Source: Vicugna vicugna
Taxonomy: Eukaryota
Direction: 5' to 3'
Length of the DNA stretch: 64,000 bases
NCBI GenBank assembly: GCA_013265495.1
Contig: MU058824.1
Location: forward strand, 3,313,111 to 3,377,110
In this document: piece after piece, positions 39,701 to 51,639 of the stretch
Numbering within the stretch: position 1 is the first letter of the stretch
Layout of the letters: every line of letters starts with the position of its first letter
Program-made: the position numbers and the translations under genes
Notes under the pieces: generated by a model
What the model was told of the DNA's origin: nothing
The model's database searches: none
Seen by the model: only the letters and a program-made list of their open reading frames with translations

Positions 39701-40372
39701 CAGAAAAGCATTTCACAAAATTCAATATCCATTCAAGATAAAAACTCTCAGCAAAGTGTGTATAGAGGCAACACACTTTAGCATAATAAAGGATATTTAC
39801 GACAAACCCACAGCCAGCATAATACTTAGCAGTGAAGACCTGAAAGCCTTCCTGCTAAATTCAGGAACAAGAGGATGCCTACTCTCATCACTTTTATTCA
39901 ACATAATATTGGAAATTCTCACCATAGAAATCAGACAAGAAGAAATAAAAGGCATCCAAATTAGAAGGGAAGAAGTAAAACTGTCACTATTCACATATGA
40001 CATTATACGCTAGATAGAGAACTCTAAAGTCTCCACACAAAAACTATTAGAAGCAATAAATGTATTCAGTGAGGTGCAGGATACAAGATTAATATACAGA
40101 AATCTGTTGCATTTCTTTACATTAACAATGAAATATCAGAAAGGGGGAAAAAAACCCATTTAAAATCACTTCAAAAAAAAACCAAAACACAAACCTAGGA
40201 ATAAACTTAACCAAGGATGTGAAAGACTTATATGCTGAAAACTATAAAACATTGATAAAGGAAACTAAAGATGATTCAAAGAAATGGAAAGATATCCAAT
40301 GCTCTTGGGTTGGAAGAATTAATATTGTTAAAATGGTCATACTACTCAAAGTAATCTATAGATTTAATGCAA
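36768..40372 (+). mobile_element. Decayed LINE-1: 5' UTR, ORF1 stub, inter-ORF region, ORF2 endonuclease and RT; 3' end missing
   Basis: Starts GGGGATCAGGATGGCAGAG; ORF2 begins at 37938 (AISTYLSIITLNVNGLNA); degenerate RT motifs [10 protein letters not shown] and LSLFTYDII; many stops and frameshifts; lies in POLR1E intron 4. Confidence 0.92.
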
Positions 40373-40666
40373 GATTAATTAATTAAACTAAGATTAGTTT
40401 CTGATCACAAGTCTGTAAACACTGTAGGGACAGGATCCATGTCTGTTTTGCTATATCCACAGCCCCTAACTTGTGCCTGGAGTATAGTAGGTCATCAATA
40501 GATATTTGCTGAGTAAAAGCACTCTTAAATCTTTTTCAAAATGGGGGGGAAAAAAACCTTTAAAAAACAGCTACAAAATGTATTTGACAAATCAAAACTC
40601 AAACCAACTCATCCAGCAAACCTGAAACATTTGGCATTTCTTTGAGCCTTCATGACTGGGACCTAC

Positions 40667-40752
40667 CTGAGAACAGTGGCTGCATGTTAAACAATTCAGC
40701 ATCATACACTTCCATTTGGCCAGAGGTCTTGTTCAAAATTCCCACAAAGTGC
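40667..40752 (-). CDS. POLR1E: POLR1E exon 4 (86 nt)
   Basis: ctattcag|G ... G|gtaggt; HFVGILNKTSGQMEVYDAELFNMQPLFS. Confidence 0.96.
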
Positions 40753-41594
40753 CTGAATAGAGAAGGAATAATACCAGTGACAATAGATTATTTAAAAGGT
40801 ACTGCTTATACAACCTCCTTTTTCCTACTTAAAAGTTTTCAACCTTCTTTCTGCCCCGATACACCTGACGAATGCATCACTTGCTCATGAGTAACAATAA
40901 TCCCCTACAGCAGCAAGTCTCTGCATGGGGAGGGAAAGGAGGGAAGGGTTCACGAGGTGGTTCTGGGAGAGGGGAAAAAAAGCTACCAGATGATTGTGGT
41001 AGCCAATTACATTTGGGCTCAATGCTGTAGTGGGAAACCCTGCTGGGATATCAGAATCTAAAATTACATAGAGAATTGACTGCACATGTAATTCCATGCA
41101 GGAAAAGACAAGTAAAACCTTAGTAATTATAGCGAGAAGACCGACCAGTTTAAACTAGAAAATCTTTGTAAAGGGATGATGAAAGTCCAAGTTCGAGGCA
41201 TGTACACATTAATCTGACTTCTATCAGGACTATCCAGGGGGGCTCTGAAAGGGCTTTGTTTGTGGTTCCCTGATGGATACCTTCACAGGAACACTGTCTG
41301 CATTATGCCAACCCCTGACAGTTACAGACTGTTCAGGCTGGACAATCTTCATTGTACCGAGGGAGAGACTAGGGATCAGTAAAGGGCAGAGTTGCACAAA
41401 GTCAGTAATCTTTCCAGAGCTACATAGAAATTCTGGAGCCTTGGACACTACCAAATCCTTTTCTTATAGTTAGTTCCAAGGCAGACTTCTGGCAAACTTT
41501 AGCCTATTGATTACTCCAAATTAGTGGAGACAGCTGCCTTTTAGGAACAAGATAGTTATAAAGAATATTTTAAGTTAATGATATGGCCAAAATT

Positions 41595-41890
41595 AATGAA
41601 GGTGGTTAAGAGGTACAAGCCTCCAATTATAAAATAAATAAGTCCTGGAGATGTAATGTATAGCATGGTGACTACAGTTAATAATACTGCATTGCATATT
41701 TGAAAGCTGTTAAGAGTTAAGTCTTAAAGGTTCTCATCACAAGATAAAAATTTTCTTAACTATGTGTGGATGTTAACTAGACTTACTGTGGTGGCCATTC
41801 TGTAATATATACATATATCAAATCATTATGTTACACACCTGGAACTAATATAATGCTATATACCAATATACCTCAATTAAAAAAATTTTT
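41595..41890 (+). mobile_element. L1 3' UTR terminus (L1MA-like)
   Basis: GATGTAATGTATAGCATGGTGACTACAGTTAATAATACTG...ACCTCAATTAAAAAAA. Confidence 0.8.
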
Positions 41891-42112
41891 TTTAAAGATT
41901 ACAAATTAGTGAGGTTTTTAGGAAATTAAACAAATGTAAGCTTTTCATTTTCAGGAATGTCTACATGCTGGTGTGAGGGCCCCTGGGTCTGGGAACAAAG
42001 AAACTTGGTAAGCCTCTCTAGAGTTCCTCCATGGCCCCTAAAATAGAGACAGAGTAGTGCCAGGGCCAACTCCACCATCCCACTTCCCACAACCCCCTTC
42101 TCCTGTCCCTAC

Positions 42113-42189
42113 CTGCACAGAGTGTTGCATTTGAGGGCTCCAGTCCCAAAATTATTTCCTACATAGGAAAGTCTGTCTGTTTCAGCTGC
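42113..42189 (-). CDS. POLR1E: POLR1E exon 3 (77 nt)
   Basis: cattttag|GCA ... AG|gtaggg; AAETDRLSYVGNNFGTGALKCNTLC. Confidence 0.96.
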
Positions 42190-42881
42190 CTAAAATGTAG
42201 AAGGGGGGAAGATCCATTACAACCAATGTTGAAAGATAGTAAACATCTTGTCTCCCTTTTCCACATTTGCAGAAGCTTTCGAATCCAAACCACAATGGAT
42301 TTGAATGAGAAATCTTTGCGATTTCTTTGAGATGATCCAGCTCCACTAATCTCTAAATGAATCTAGGCTGTCCCTGGAGGGAAGGCAAGAGGACTTTTGA
42401 CAGGGAAGCCCCAGGTAGTGCAGGCTTCTAGCTGGTCTGAAAAGTTCTTGGGGTAGCTGTACCACAAGACTTGGGAGTGAGGCCCGGGGCTCCCAGCACT
42501 TAGAGGCATGCAACAAAATGATTATGCAGGCAACCCCAAAGTTCAAGCCCTTCTTGAACCTCTTTGACCACTTATCCCATGACTGCTCCTTACATGGGAC
42601 TATGGAAATGGCTGATTCACTCCTCAGTCATAGCCAAGCTTTCCTGCTTCCTCATGTTTGTCCTTGCTATCCCCTTCACTTGGAAACCTAATCTCAGCTG
42701 TCAAACCCTCCTCCATCCTTCAGGGTGCAGCTCCAGTGTGCCCTCCCCCAGGAACGCATTCTGGCAAGCAAGGACTCCAGCGAGCTCACTCTATTCTGCC
42801 CTGTACTCTCCCTCCCTGGGACCCTGAGCTTTGTCTACTTATGCACTTGTGTCCCTCACATCCAGATCTCACCTCTTAAGA

Positions 42882-43085
42882 GCAATGGTTCTCAACTCAA
42901 GGAAATACGTCTCTAGGAACATCTGGGAATATGTGACTTTCTGTTTGTCACAACTAGGAGATGCTACTGGTATCTAGTGAGTAGAGGCCAGGGAAGCTGC
43001 TAAACATCCAGTGACCCAGGACAGCTCCACAACCAAGAATAACCTGGGTCAAAAGGTCAATAGTGCAGGCTATGAGGAACACTGT
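42882..43085. mobile_element. MER20 hAT element
   Basis: CAATGGTTCTCAAC...TGCTACTGGTATCTAGTGAGTAGAGGCCAGGGAAGCTGCTAAACATCC...GTCAATAGTGC. Confidence 0.82.
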
Positions 43086-43401
43086 TCCAGAGTATTAGCT
43101 CCCTCACTGTGGGGCCAGGTCTGACTTAGCTGTTTCCCTAGCAGCTTACAGCCCAGGGCCACAGTGGGGGCTCAATAAACGCTTGTTGAATGAACAGATG
43201 AATAAAAGGCCATCGCTCCACCACAAATGTGAAACTAAACGAAGCCTGTCCCCACATTTCCACCTGCTGGGGATCAAAGCTCCTCAAAGGCTCATTTGCT
43301 ACCCTCCCTTTTCTCCTCTCATGCCCTCCTACATCCTCACACTCCTAAGGGGCCCCCCCGAGGTCTGCAGAGTGGAGGCAACTGGCCACTGCAGCACTTA
43401 C

Positions 43402-43505
43402 CAGGATCCGCTGATTCTTCTTCCTGGGGTTTGTGGAGTCGTTGCTCTTGTACAAGGTAAAGCGCATGTTGCCTGGATTCTGCAGCTTCCCATTGGAGAA
43501 CTGGA
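43402..43505 (-). CDS. POLR1E: POLR1E exon 2 (104 nt)
   Basis: cttacag|TC ... CTG|gtaagt; (V)QFSNGKLQNPGNMRFTLYKSNDSTNPRKKNQRIL. Confidence 0.96.
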
Positions 43506-43999
43506 CTGTAAGATTGCAGCCCAACAATGAGATGGGAGCAGAAGGACCCACAGTGTATGGTGGGGAGGAAATGAACTGACAATGGGAGGAAGTGATTGGA
43601 GGAATGGGGAAGCCAAGTCAGCCCAGATCCTTTCCAAAGGGGGACCGAAAGAAGTCCCAGTCCAGGTGGGAAGAGGGATGAAGAGGGGACGGGGCGGTAA
43701 GCGGAGGCCTGGAGAGGAGTCTGGACAGGAGGGAATATCTAGGGGAATGGGGCTGACTGAGGACACCTGGGCCAGACCTAGAAAGACAGAGGGAATCTCT
43801 GACCAGTGTGAAAGAAGGAAATGGAGCAGGTGTGAGACCTGGTGGGTGACGGGATGACGGTCCTGGGTACAGCCCTGGGGAGAGGGTTAACTGGAACGTC
43901 CTTATCCAGCTGGTAAGTGGTGACAGAAAGATGGTGGGATGACAGAGGAGCCCTGGCCGAGCCCCAATTAGTGGTAGAGCCTAGAAGGGATCTTGACCC

Positions 44000-44520
44000 A
44001 GCTGGGAAAGGGGCCGGACGGGTGTGGCGGGGAGGAGGGCTGTAGAGGTACGGAGACGGAAGGGGAAGCTACGGGGAACTCTGCCCCAGCTCCGCTTACC
44101 CAGTAGAGCTCTCTGGCTCTCGTCAGGCGCTCCACAGTACAGCCATCTCGCACTCGGCAACACCTCCGTCGCCATCTCGCCCGTCCAGCCGCCAAACCCA
44201 GACGTTAAGACAACCGCCACCAGGTGTGCATTCAAGCACACGCGGAGGAAATGCGGCTGGCCGGAAGAGGCGTGGCCTCGCGGAGCACTACCCGCGCGCG
44301 CAGAGACGTATGGCTCCGCCCCCCCGCCTCGCGCCACGCGCTCTTTCCCAGAGCTCTCAGGCGCGCCATCCCCGCCCACTCTTCGCCCCACCCGCCAGCC
44401 CGGTGCCGGGTTCCCTTCTCCGCCCGCCTCTTCAAGGCACAGCACCTGATTGGCCCCAGCACTCGGCTTGCGCATTACAGGTTGTGTACCACTAGGGTGC
44501 GCAGCGCCTACAAGTCTTAC
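44000..44520 (-). promoter_or_regulatory. POLR1E: CpG-island promoter / 5' UTR of POLR1E
   Basis: High CpG density; ETS core CCGGAAG at 44261-44267, GC boxes (CCGCCC), CCAAT box near 44449, NRF1-like TGCGCA near 44469 and 44498. Confidence 0.85.
44100..44175 (-). CDS. POLR1E: POLR1E exon 1 coding part (RNA polymerase I subunit RPA49/PAF53)
   Basis: gagATGG start; MATEVLPSARWLYCGAPDESQRALL G|gtaagc; the 12 exons sum to 1260 nt = 419 aa + stop. Confidence 0.96.
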
Positions 44521-45174
44521 CTAAGTGTTTTGTGGGGTTTCTTCCTCAGCATGGTCTAAGTAGAGTAGGGTCTATCTCTGCTACGGAGACAAATATGTCT
44601 TCCTAAGAACTGAAAGTCCAAGTGCAAATTTAGAGTTCTCTTATAGGCAATCCTTGAGCCCCAACTAAATGTGGCGACTGGCAGAGAGCAGTCCTTCTCC
44701 AGGACCTCCATCCACACACATGGACATCAGTCCTTAAGCCCAAGCTTGGTCCACAATCCTGTAAATAACTCCATGATCACTTCCCAGGCCTAGGGTGCAA
44801 AAACCTGTGGCTCAATCAACCCTGCGAGGATGGACCAGGAAGAGAGGCCCAACAGTCTCAAGGATTCTGGGTGGACTAGAAGGGGGAACCCGATCTGATG
44901 GGCATGTCCCTTTGTCCCTGCGTATTTAACCCTCCCTCATGGGGATATATTAGAACAAAAGGAGGGTCAAAGCAGGGCCTTTGAGCATGGACCCAGGCCA
45001 AAGCCCCTTTTGCCTAGCCAAAGGGGAAGGTATTATTGAAGGGAAAGAACCTGGGTTGACTCATCCCTGTTATCCAAATTGCCAACATCCCCTCCCCATC
45101 TCACACACCTCCAAGATGATCCGAATAACCTTAACACCTGAGCTCCCCTTTGCCTGAGCACACGTCACTGTTTT

Positions 45175-45830
45175 CAAATTACCCAATCTCAAACTTACAG
45201 AAACTGCAAGTACAGTGCAAAGAACTTTTTTTGCATGAACTTTTTAAAGTAAATTGTCAACCTGATGATGCCCCATCACTCCTGAAGACTGTAGATAGTA
45301 TTTCCCACAGGCAGGAACCATACCTAAGGAACTATAATACAGCCATCAAAATCAGGAAATTAACATTGCAGCATTACTACCCTATATTCATCATGCCCCA
45401 TTTCAATTCACCAACTGTCTTGGTAGTGTTTTTATAGCAAAATGTCTTGTCCAAAATTACATGTTGCATTTAGCTATCATAGCTCTGTAGTCTCCTACAA
45501 CCTAGAACAGTTTCTCACTCTTATTCTGACTTTCAATTCAAAATTTTAAAGTTTACAGACAAGGTTTTTATAGAATGTCCCTCAATCTGGGTGTGTCTAA
45601 TGTTTCCAAGCGTTTAGTTTCAGTTTATGCATCTTTGGCAGGAATATTATAGATATGATGCTGTTCTTCTCATTGTATAATGTCAGGTGGCACACAATTT
45701 TGATTTGTCCCATTACCGGTTATAGTAACTTTGATCGCTTAATTAAAGTGGTATCAACCAGGTTCCTCTACTGCAAAGTTATTCTTTTCTCTTTGTAATT
45801 AGTAAGTATTTTGTGGCCAGGTATATAAAG
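45175..45830 (-). mobile_element. Old L1M 3' UTR fragment
   Basis: CAAACTTACAGAAACTGCAAG...TAGAATGTCCCTCAATCTGGG. Confidence 0.6.
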
Positions 45831-46044
45831 ACTAAGTATCTTGTTCATCACACTTCCAGTTGTGTAAACTGACATTGGGTTCACAGATAGTAGATCCTCT
45901 GTACATGTTGACTGGCTGTATGAAAATATGAACAGTTAAATCAAAGTTAATGGGTGAAGACAACAGTGGATACAAGGAGTCAATGGTAGTTCTTGAGAGA
46001 AGTGTCCTGGCCCTTCCTGATACAGGGACATATTGTATGGCCTT

Positions 46045-46432
46045 GCTACTCAAAGTTGTGTGATCCTTGGGCCAAGAGCATCAACATCACCTGGGAACTC
46101 GTTAACAATGCAGAATCTCCAGCCCTGTTTGATCTTCTGAATCAGAATCTGCACTTTAACAAGATTCTTGGCTTTCCCTTTTTATTTTATTTTATTTTAA
46201 TTTATTTTTTAACTTTTTTTTGAGTTATAGTCAGTTTACAATGTCAATTTCCAGTGTAGAGCACAATTTTTCATTTATACATGAACATACATACATTCAT
46301 TGTCACATTCTTTTTGGCTGTGAGCTACCACAAGATCTTGTATATATTTCCCTCTGCTATCCAGTATAATCTTGTTTATCTATTCTATTGGCTTTCCCTT
46401 TTAATGTACATCTTTATCAAAGTCTGAAAACC
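46045..46432. mobile_element. MER5A-like hAT element interrupted by an L1 insertion
   Basis: GCATCAACATCACCTGGGAACTCGTTAACAATGCAGAATCTC...GAATCAGAATCTGCACTTTAACAAGAT; resumes after 46402. Confidence 0.7.
46183..46387 (-). mobile_element. Short 5'-truncated L1 3' end with 15-bp target-site duplication
   Basis: T-rich tail, then GAGTTATAGTCAGTTTACAAT...; TTGGCTTTCCCTTTT at 46168-46182 and 46388-46402. Confidence 0.8.
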
Positions 46433-47632
46433 CTCAGAGTTGGCCGCTTTATAGCTGGATGGAAGAGTAAAGGATATGACATGCGGGCTGAGAGCAAAAC
46501 CTCCCAGAATTACCACAGGCAAGAATTCAAAGTGACAGAGATTCTATCAGGAGAAGGAAAGTATTAATGGCAAGGTGATTGGGGAGGGGGAATGTAGTAT
46601 ACCCTATAAATTATTTAATAATGATTCTAAGCACACAAACACCATATACATAGACACACATGTATGTATAACTGAAATGGAGTAAGATGGAGAGGGCCCT
46701 ACCCAGGCTGTGACCGAAATGCCAAAAGCTATAGTGACCTCTTGTAAATTAGAGTCAGGGATAATCACAGGCAGGATTTACCATAAAATATTTGCTATAA
46801 ATTTAGTTTGGAAATTCAGAGACTTCTGGAATTCTCTCTCAGCACTATTTTTCGGAGAAAGAAAACTTGATTTTTTTTAAAGTAAGGAATGGGAGGGTTG
46901 GGGGGGCGAGGGGGCAGACAGAGTCCTCCTTTCCTGGGGTAATATCTCCATCTGCTGGCGTTTCAGGATATCACTAGCAGAGATCTAAATGGCAGGGCAG
47001 ATCCCAGCGTGTTTGCGTGTTTGTTGTACTCACATCGAGCTCTCAAAACTGTTTCTTCTGCCTGTCTTTCTTTTTTTATCCCTTTCTCTCTTTTCTGGTT
47101 TGTCTCACTCTCCTTCCCTTCCTCTTCCTTCATATCCCTGACGCAGACTTTGCTTGCTTACCTATAGACATGAATGACTCATTCTTTACAAGGCCGAATC
47201 TGCCTTTTTAGCTTCCCCTGCAGTTCCAGTTCTGCTGTCCAGGGCCACAGAGAGCAAGACCAACTCCTCTGCTGAGCCCTTCAAAAACCTGACTATTCTA
47301 ATCATGCTTTCCTTTTATCTGAACCTATTCTTCTCAGCAACTCCTTCCAGCCCTTCAGCTATTTCCCACATCAAAATTTCTAGGTCTGTCCTCATCTTGG
47401 TCACCTCTGCCAGACGCACACCAATATATCTTTATGCTTCTCACACTGTGCGGCCCCACACAGATCAATACATTAGCTCTAGGCTGGGCAACACAGAAGA
47501 AAGAGGATCCATCACCTCCTTCGTGCTACTTGCCATACCTCTTCTAATGAAACCAATATGTGCTTTTATTCTAAGCATCTATACTGTTCAGTTACCTTAT
47601 TTAGGATTAACAATAAATAAAAATGTTTAGTG

Positions 47633-47760
47633 GGGGACGGTGTAACTCAAGTGGTAGAGCACATACTTAGTATGCAGGAGGTCCTGGGTTCAATTCCCAG
47701 AAACTCCTCTAAAAATAAATAATAAACCTAATTACTACACCCCCAAAAATAAACAAAAAT
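47633..47760 (+). mobile_element. tRNA-derived SINE (Vic-1-like)
   Basis: GGGGGACGGTGTAACTCAAGTGGTAGAGC...GGGTTCAATTCCCAG, then AATAAACCTAATTAC tail. Confidence 0.87.
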
Positions 47761-49124
47761 TTTTGACTTTGCTTCTGCTAAGTCACATCACCTCTGCAAT
47801 TTTTTAAAAACAGATTCAGACCTTAAATGAAGGCCTGTTAAATTTAATTGCATTAAATTCAGACTTTTCAGGTACGTTAATTTTCCCTAATAACATTTCT
47901 TAGATTTTTAAAAAATATATCAAACCAAACATATTTGATGTCCAATATTGGGAAAAACAAAGAAAAATATAAAGAATGCAATTATAGTAACACATAATCC
48001 CTGCCCCACCGAAAAGCAAACATTGTTAACATTTTTATTTTTTCTATATTTTCTGTGTATATTTATATAACTGGTGTAATTAATATTGTATTCAATTTTG
48101 TATCCTCCTTTTAAAAAATTCAACATAATCTTGTAAGCATTTTCCCAAATCTCACATGACAGTACATTGAATGTTACCACAGAGTTTGTATATCCAATTC
48201 TCTCGCTGAATACTTAGGCTATTCCCAATGTTTTCACTGTTATGTGCAACATTTCAGCAAGCTTTTAAAGCATAAAACTGCTTTTTTGGATGGATTCCTT
48301 TGGATAGAGTCCTAGGACTTGAATAAATGAATCAAAGAGCATGAACGTTTAAAAAAAGATTAATACACGCTATAAAATTTTTCTCCAAAATATTTTCAGA
48401 TCTTTTAAAAATCCTAGTTCTGTCTCCTAACACTATCCAAGGCACTTGGGAATATTTAAGAATGAAAATACATTATCCTTGCCCTCAGGAATTAACTTCC
48501 TAAGAGGCACACAAAAATGGAAAAAGGCACACTCAAGGGTGGATACTAATAAAGTCTCTAGAACTTCCCTTGTCAGCTCTGTCAGTTTTATTGCCTTTGT
48601 TCTGAAGCTTTGTTACTAGGATCATACTCATTCAGGCTTGTCACCTTTCCTTGATGAATTAACCCTTCTATCACTAGAATTGTCCTCTATCTCTCATAAT
48701 ATATACCTTGCCCTGAAGTCCACTTTAGCTGATATTAACATAGTCACTCTGACTTTCTTCTGATTTGCATGATATATCTTTTTCTTTCATTTTATTCAAC
48801 CTATTTATGTCTTCATATCTAAAACAGTTTTATTATGGACAGCCTGTTCCATGTTTTATTCTTCTTTTATAGTTTAGTTTTTGAAATATGTTAATATTTA
48901 ATTCATTTAATAATACATTTGTGATAAGAAGTCAGGTAGGTATTCAATGTATTTTTTTCCCCCAAAGACTTCCCAGTTTCACCTCTTAAAAATGAAACTA
49001 TGTTCCTTCCACGGATTTGAAATGCCAACTTTTTCATACTTTAAATTCTCTTATATATTTAGGTCTATTCTGGACCCTCTATTTTGAACCATTGATTTAT
49101 CTATTCATGTTTCAGTAGCAAATA

Positions 49125-50830
49125 GTTTTTTTTATTGTAAAATACACATATAAAATTTACCATTTTAACTATTTTAAGTGTACAGTTTAGTGGTATTAAA
49201 TACATTCAAAGCATTAAGCAACCCATCACCACCATCCATCTCCAAAGCTCTTTTCATCTTGTAAAACTGACAGTCTGTATCTATTAAACAATAACTCCAC
49301 TCCCACCTCAGCAATCCCCAGCTATCGCCATTCTATTTTCTGTTTCTATGATTCTGACTACTCTAAGCACCTCAGATGAGCGGAATCATACAGTATTTGT
49401 CTTCTTGTGGCTGGCTTATTTCAACTGGCATGTCCTCAAGTTTCATCCGTGTTGTAGCATGTGTCAGAATTACCTTGCTTTTTAAGGCTGAATAAAATTT
49501 CATTGTATGTATACAACCACATTTTGCTTATCCATTTTTCCATTGATAGACACTTGGGTTGTTCCCATGTTTAGCTATTAAGAACAATGTCATGGGTGTA
49601 CAAATATCTCTTTAAGACACTGCTTTCAATTATTGTGGGTATATATGCAGAAGTGGACTTGCTGGATCATATGGTAATTCCACTTTCAATTTTTTGAGAA
49701 AAATGCCTTACTGTTTTCCATAGAGGCTGTAGCATATTATATTCCTACCAACAGTGCACAAGGGTTCCAATTTCTCCACATTCTTGCCAACACTTTTAAT
49801 TTTTAATTTTTTTGATAGTAGCCATCATAATAGGTGTGAGGTGGTATCTTATACTTTTAACTTGCATTTTCCTAATGATCAGAGATGTCGAACATCTTTT
49901 CATATGCTTATTGGCCATTAGTATATCTTCTTTGGAGAAATGTCCATTCAAGTCCTTTGCCCATTTTTGAGGGTTTTTTTTCTTTTTGAGTTTTAGTTCT
50001 CTATATATTTTGGATATTAATCTTTTATATTAGGATTGCAATCCTTTATTCAGATATATGATTTGCAAATATTTCCTCCCATTCTGTGGGTTGCCTTTTC
50101 ACTCTGTAGCTATTGTCTTTTGATGCACAATTATAATTTTCATAAAGTCTAATTTGTCTGTTTTTTCTTTTGTTGTCTGTGTCTTTTGTGTCATAGCCAA
50201 GAAATTATTGCCAAATCCAATGTCATGAAGCTTTTGTCTTATGTTTTATTCTAAGAGTTTTTATAGCTTTAGGTCTCACATTCAGGTCTTTGATCCATTT
50301 TGAGTTAATTTTTTGTATGTGGTGTTAAGGGTCCAATTTCATTATTTTGCTTGTGGATATCCAGTTTCCTCAGCACCATTTGAAAAGACTGTTCTTTCCC
50401 CATTGAATGGTCTTGGTATCCTTGTCAAAGATCATTTGACCATAATTAAATGCAAGAGTTTATTTCTGGGCTCTCTGTTTCATTCCACTGGTCTGCATGT
50501 TTGTCTTTGTGCAACTACCACAGTTTTAATTACTGTGGCTTTATAGAAAGTTTTGAAATCAGGAAATTTGAGTCCTCCAGCTTTGTTGTTCTTTTTCAGG
50601 GTAGTTTTGTCTATTTGGGATCCCTTGAGATTCCATATGAATTTTAGGATGGGTTTTTCTGTTTTGGCAAAACACCACTGGGATTCTTTACAGTGATTAC
50701 ACTGAATCTGTAGTTTGCTTTGGGTAGTATTGATGTGTTAATAGTATTAACTTCAGTCTTCCAATCCATGAACATGGAATGTGTCTCCATTTATTCTTCT
50801 CTGATTTCTTTCAGTAATGTTTTGTAATTT
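49125..50830 (-). mobile_element. LINE-1 3' fragment (L1MA/L1MB-like)
   Basis: TTTAAGTGTACAGTTTAGTGGTATTAAATACATTCA...CTTCTTTGGAGAAATGTCCATTCAAGTCC...CTTCCAATCCATGAACATGG. Confidence 0.9.
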
Positions 50831-51639
50831 TCTTTCTTTCTCTTTCCTCATTCTTAAAATGTTTCCTTAGCACCCTCTCCCAACTTCCCTTCATTGAAAT
50901 AATTTTTGTGAACAGTTTGATAGTATTCTTTCAGACTTGGCCATACATTTACAAACTTTTATGTGTACATCCACATACAGATTTTTACTGGTTTTGTTTT
51001 GTATGTATATGGGACCATTAATGATAAAGGAGCAATAATACATATACACTGTATATCAATGTATTGTAATCCTCAATAGATGCACATTGTTTCTTTTTTC
51101 CTTCACTACTAAAGCTGTGATCAAGAGTCTCCTACTTATTTTTCCGCACTTCTTTATTTAAGTAGAATTTCTGTAAAGGAATTGCCAGCTGTAGGGGAAT
51201 GAATGCATAATTTAAAATATGAAGATACGAAGTTACCTTCAGAGAGTGGCAATGATACTCCCAACAACAATATAGGATGGGGCTTTTTTCACACACTCTC
51301 TTAAGTCCTGCACATACAAATCTTTTTAATTTTTGCCTGTAAATCTGAGATAACATCTAGTTTACAGTATGTTTCTAAGAGTCACGTATGTTAAAGGACC
51401 CCTCACATTGCCTGGTTTATTGTCAGCATTACTTTTTTTTTTAATCGCCCAATCTAGCGGGCGTAATCTACATGTGTAAGGGCTATAAAATGTCAGGGAA
51501 TCGTAACAGAATTTACCATCCGACTTAAAGAAAACCACCCCCAAAGGCAACATTTCCAACCTGGTCTGGAGGGATGGATCAGCTGTAATGATAACTGAGT
51601 GTTAAGTTCTGAAGTGGGGTGTTCCCTTCTTAAGATAGT

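Noticed and set aside
39642..40013. Reverse-transcriptase-like ORF as a possible functional or novel RT system
   Set aside because: Fragment of decayed L1 ORF2; catalytic FADD degenerated to FTYD, with surrounding stops and frameshifts
43981..44475. 164-aa ORF suggesting an N-terminal extension of POLR1E
   Set aside because: Its ATG lies in the promoter about 300 nt upstream, beyond the likely TSS; only 44175-44100 matches PAF53
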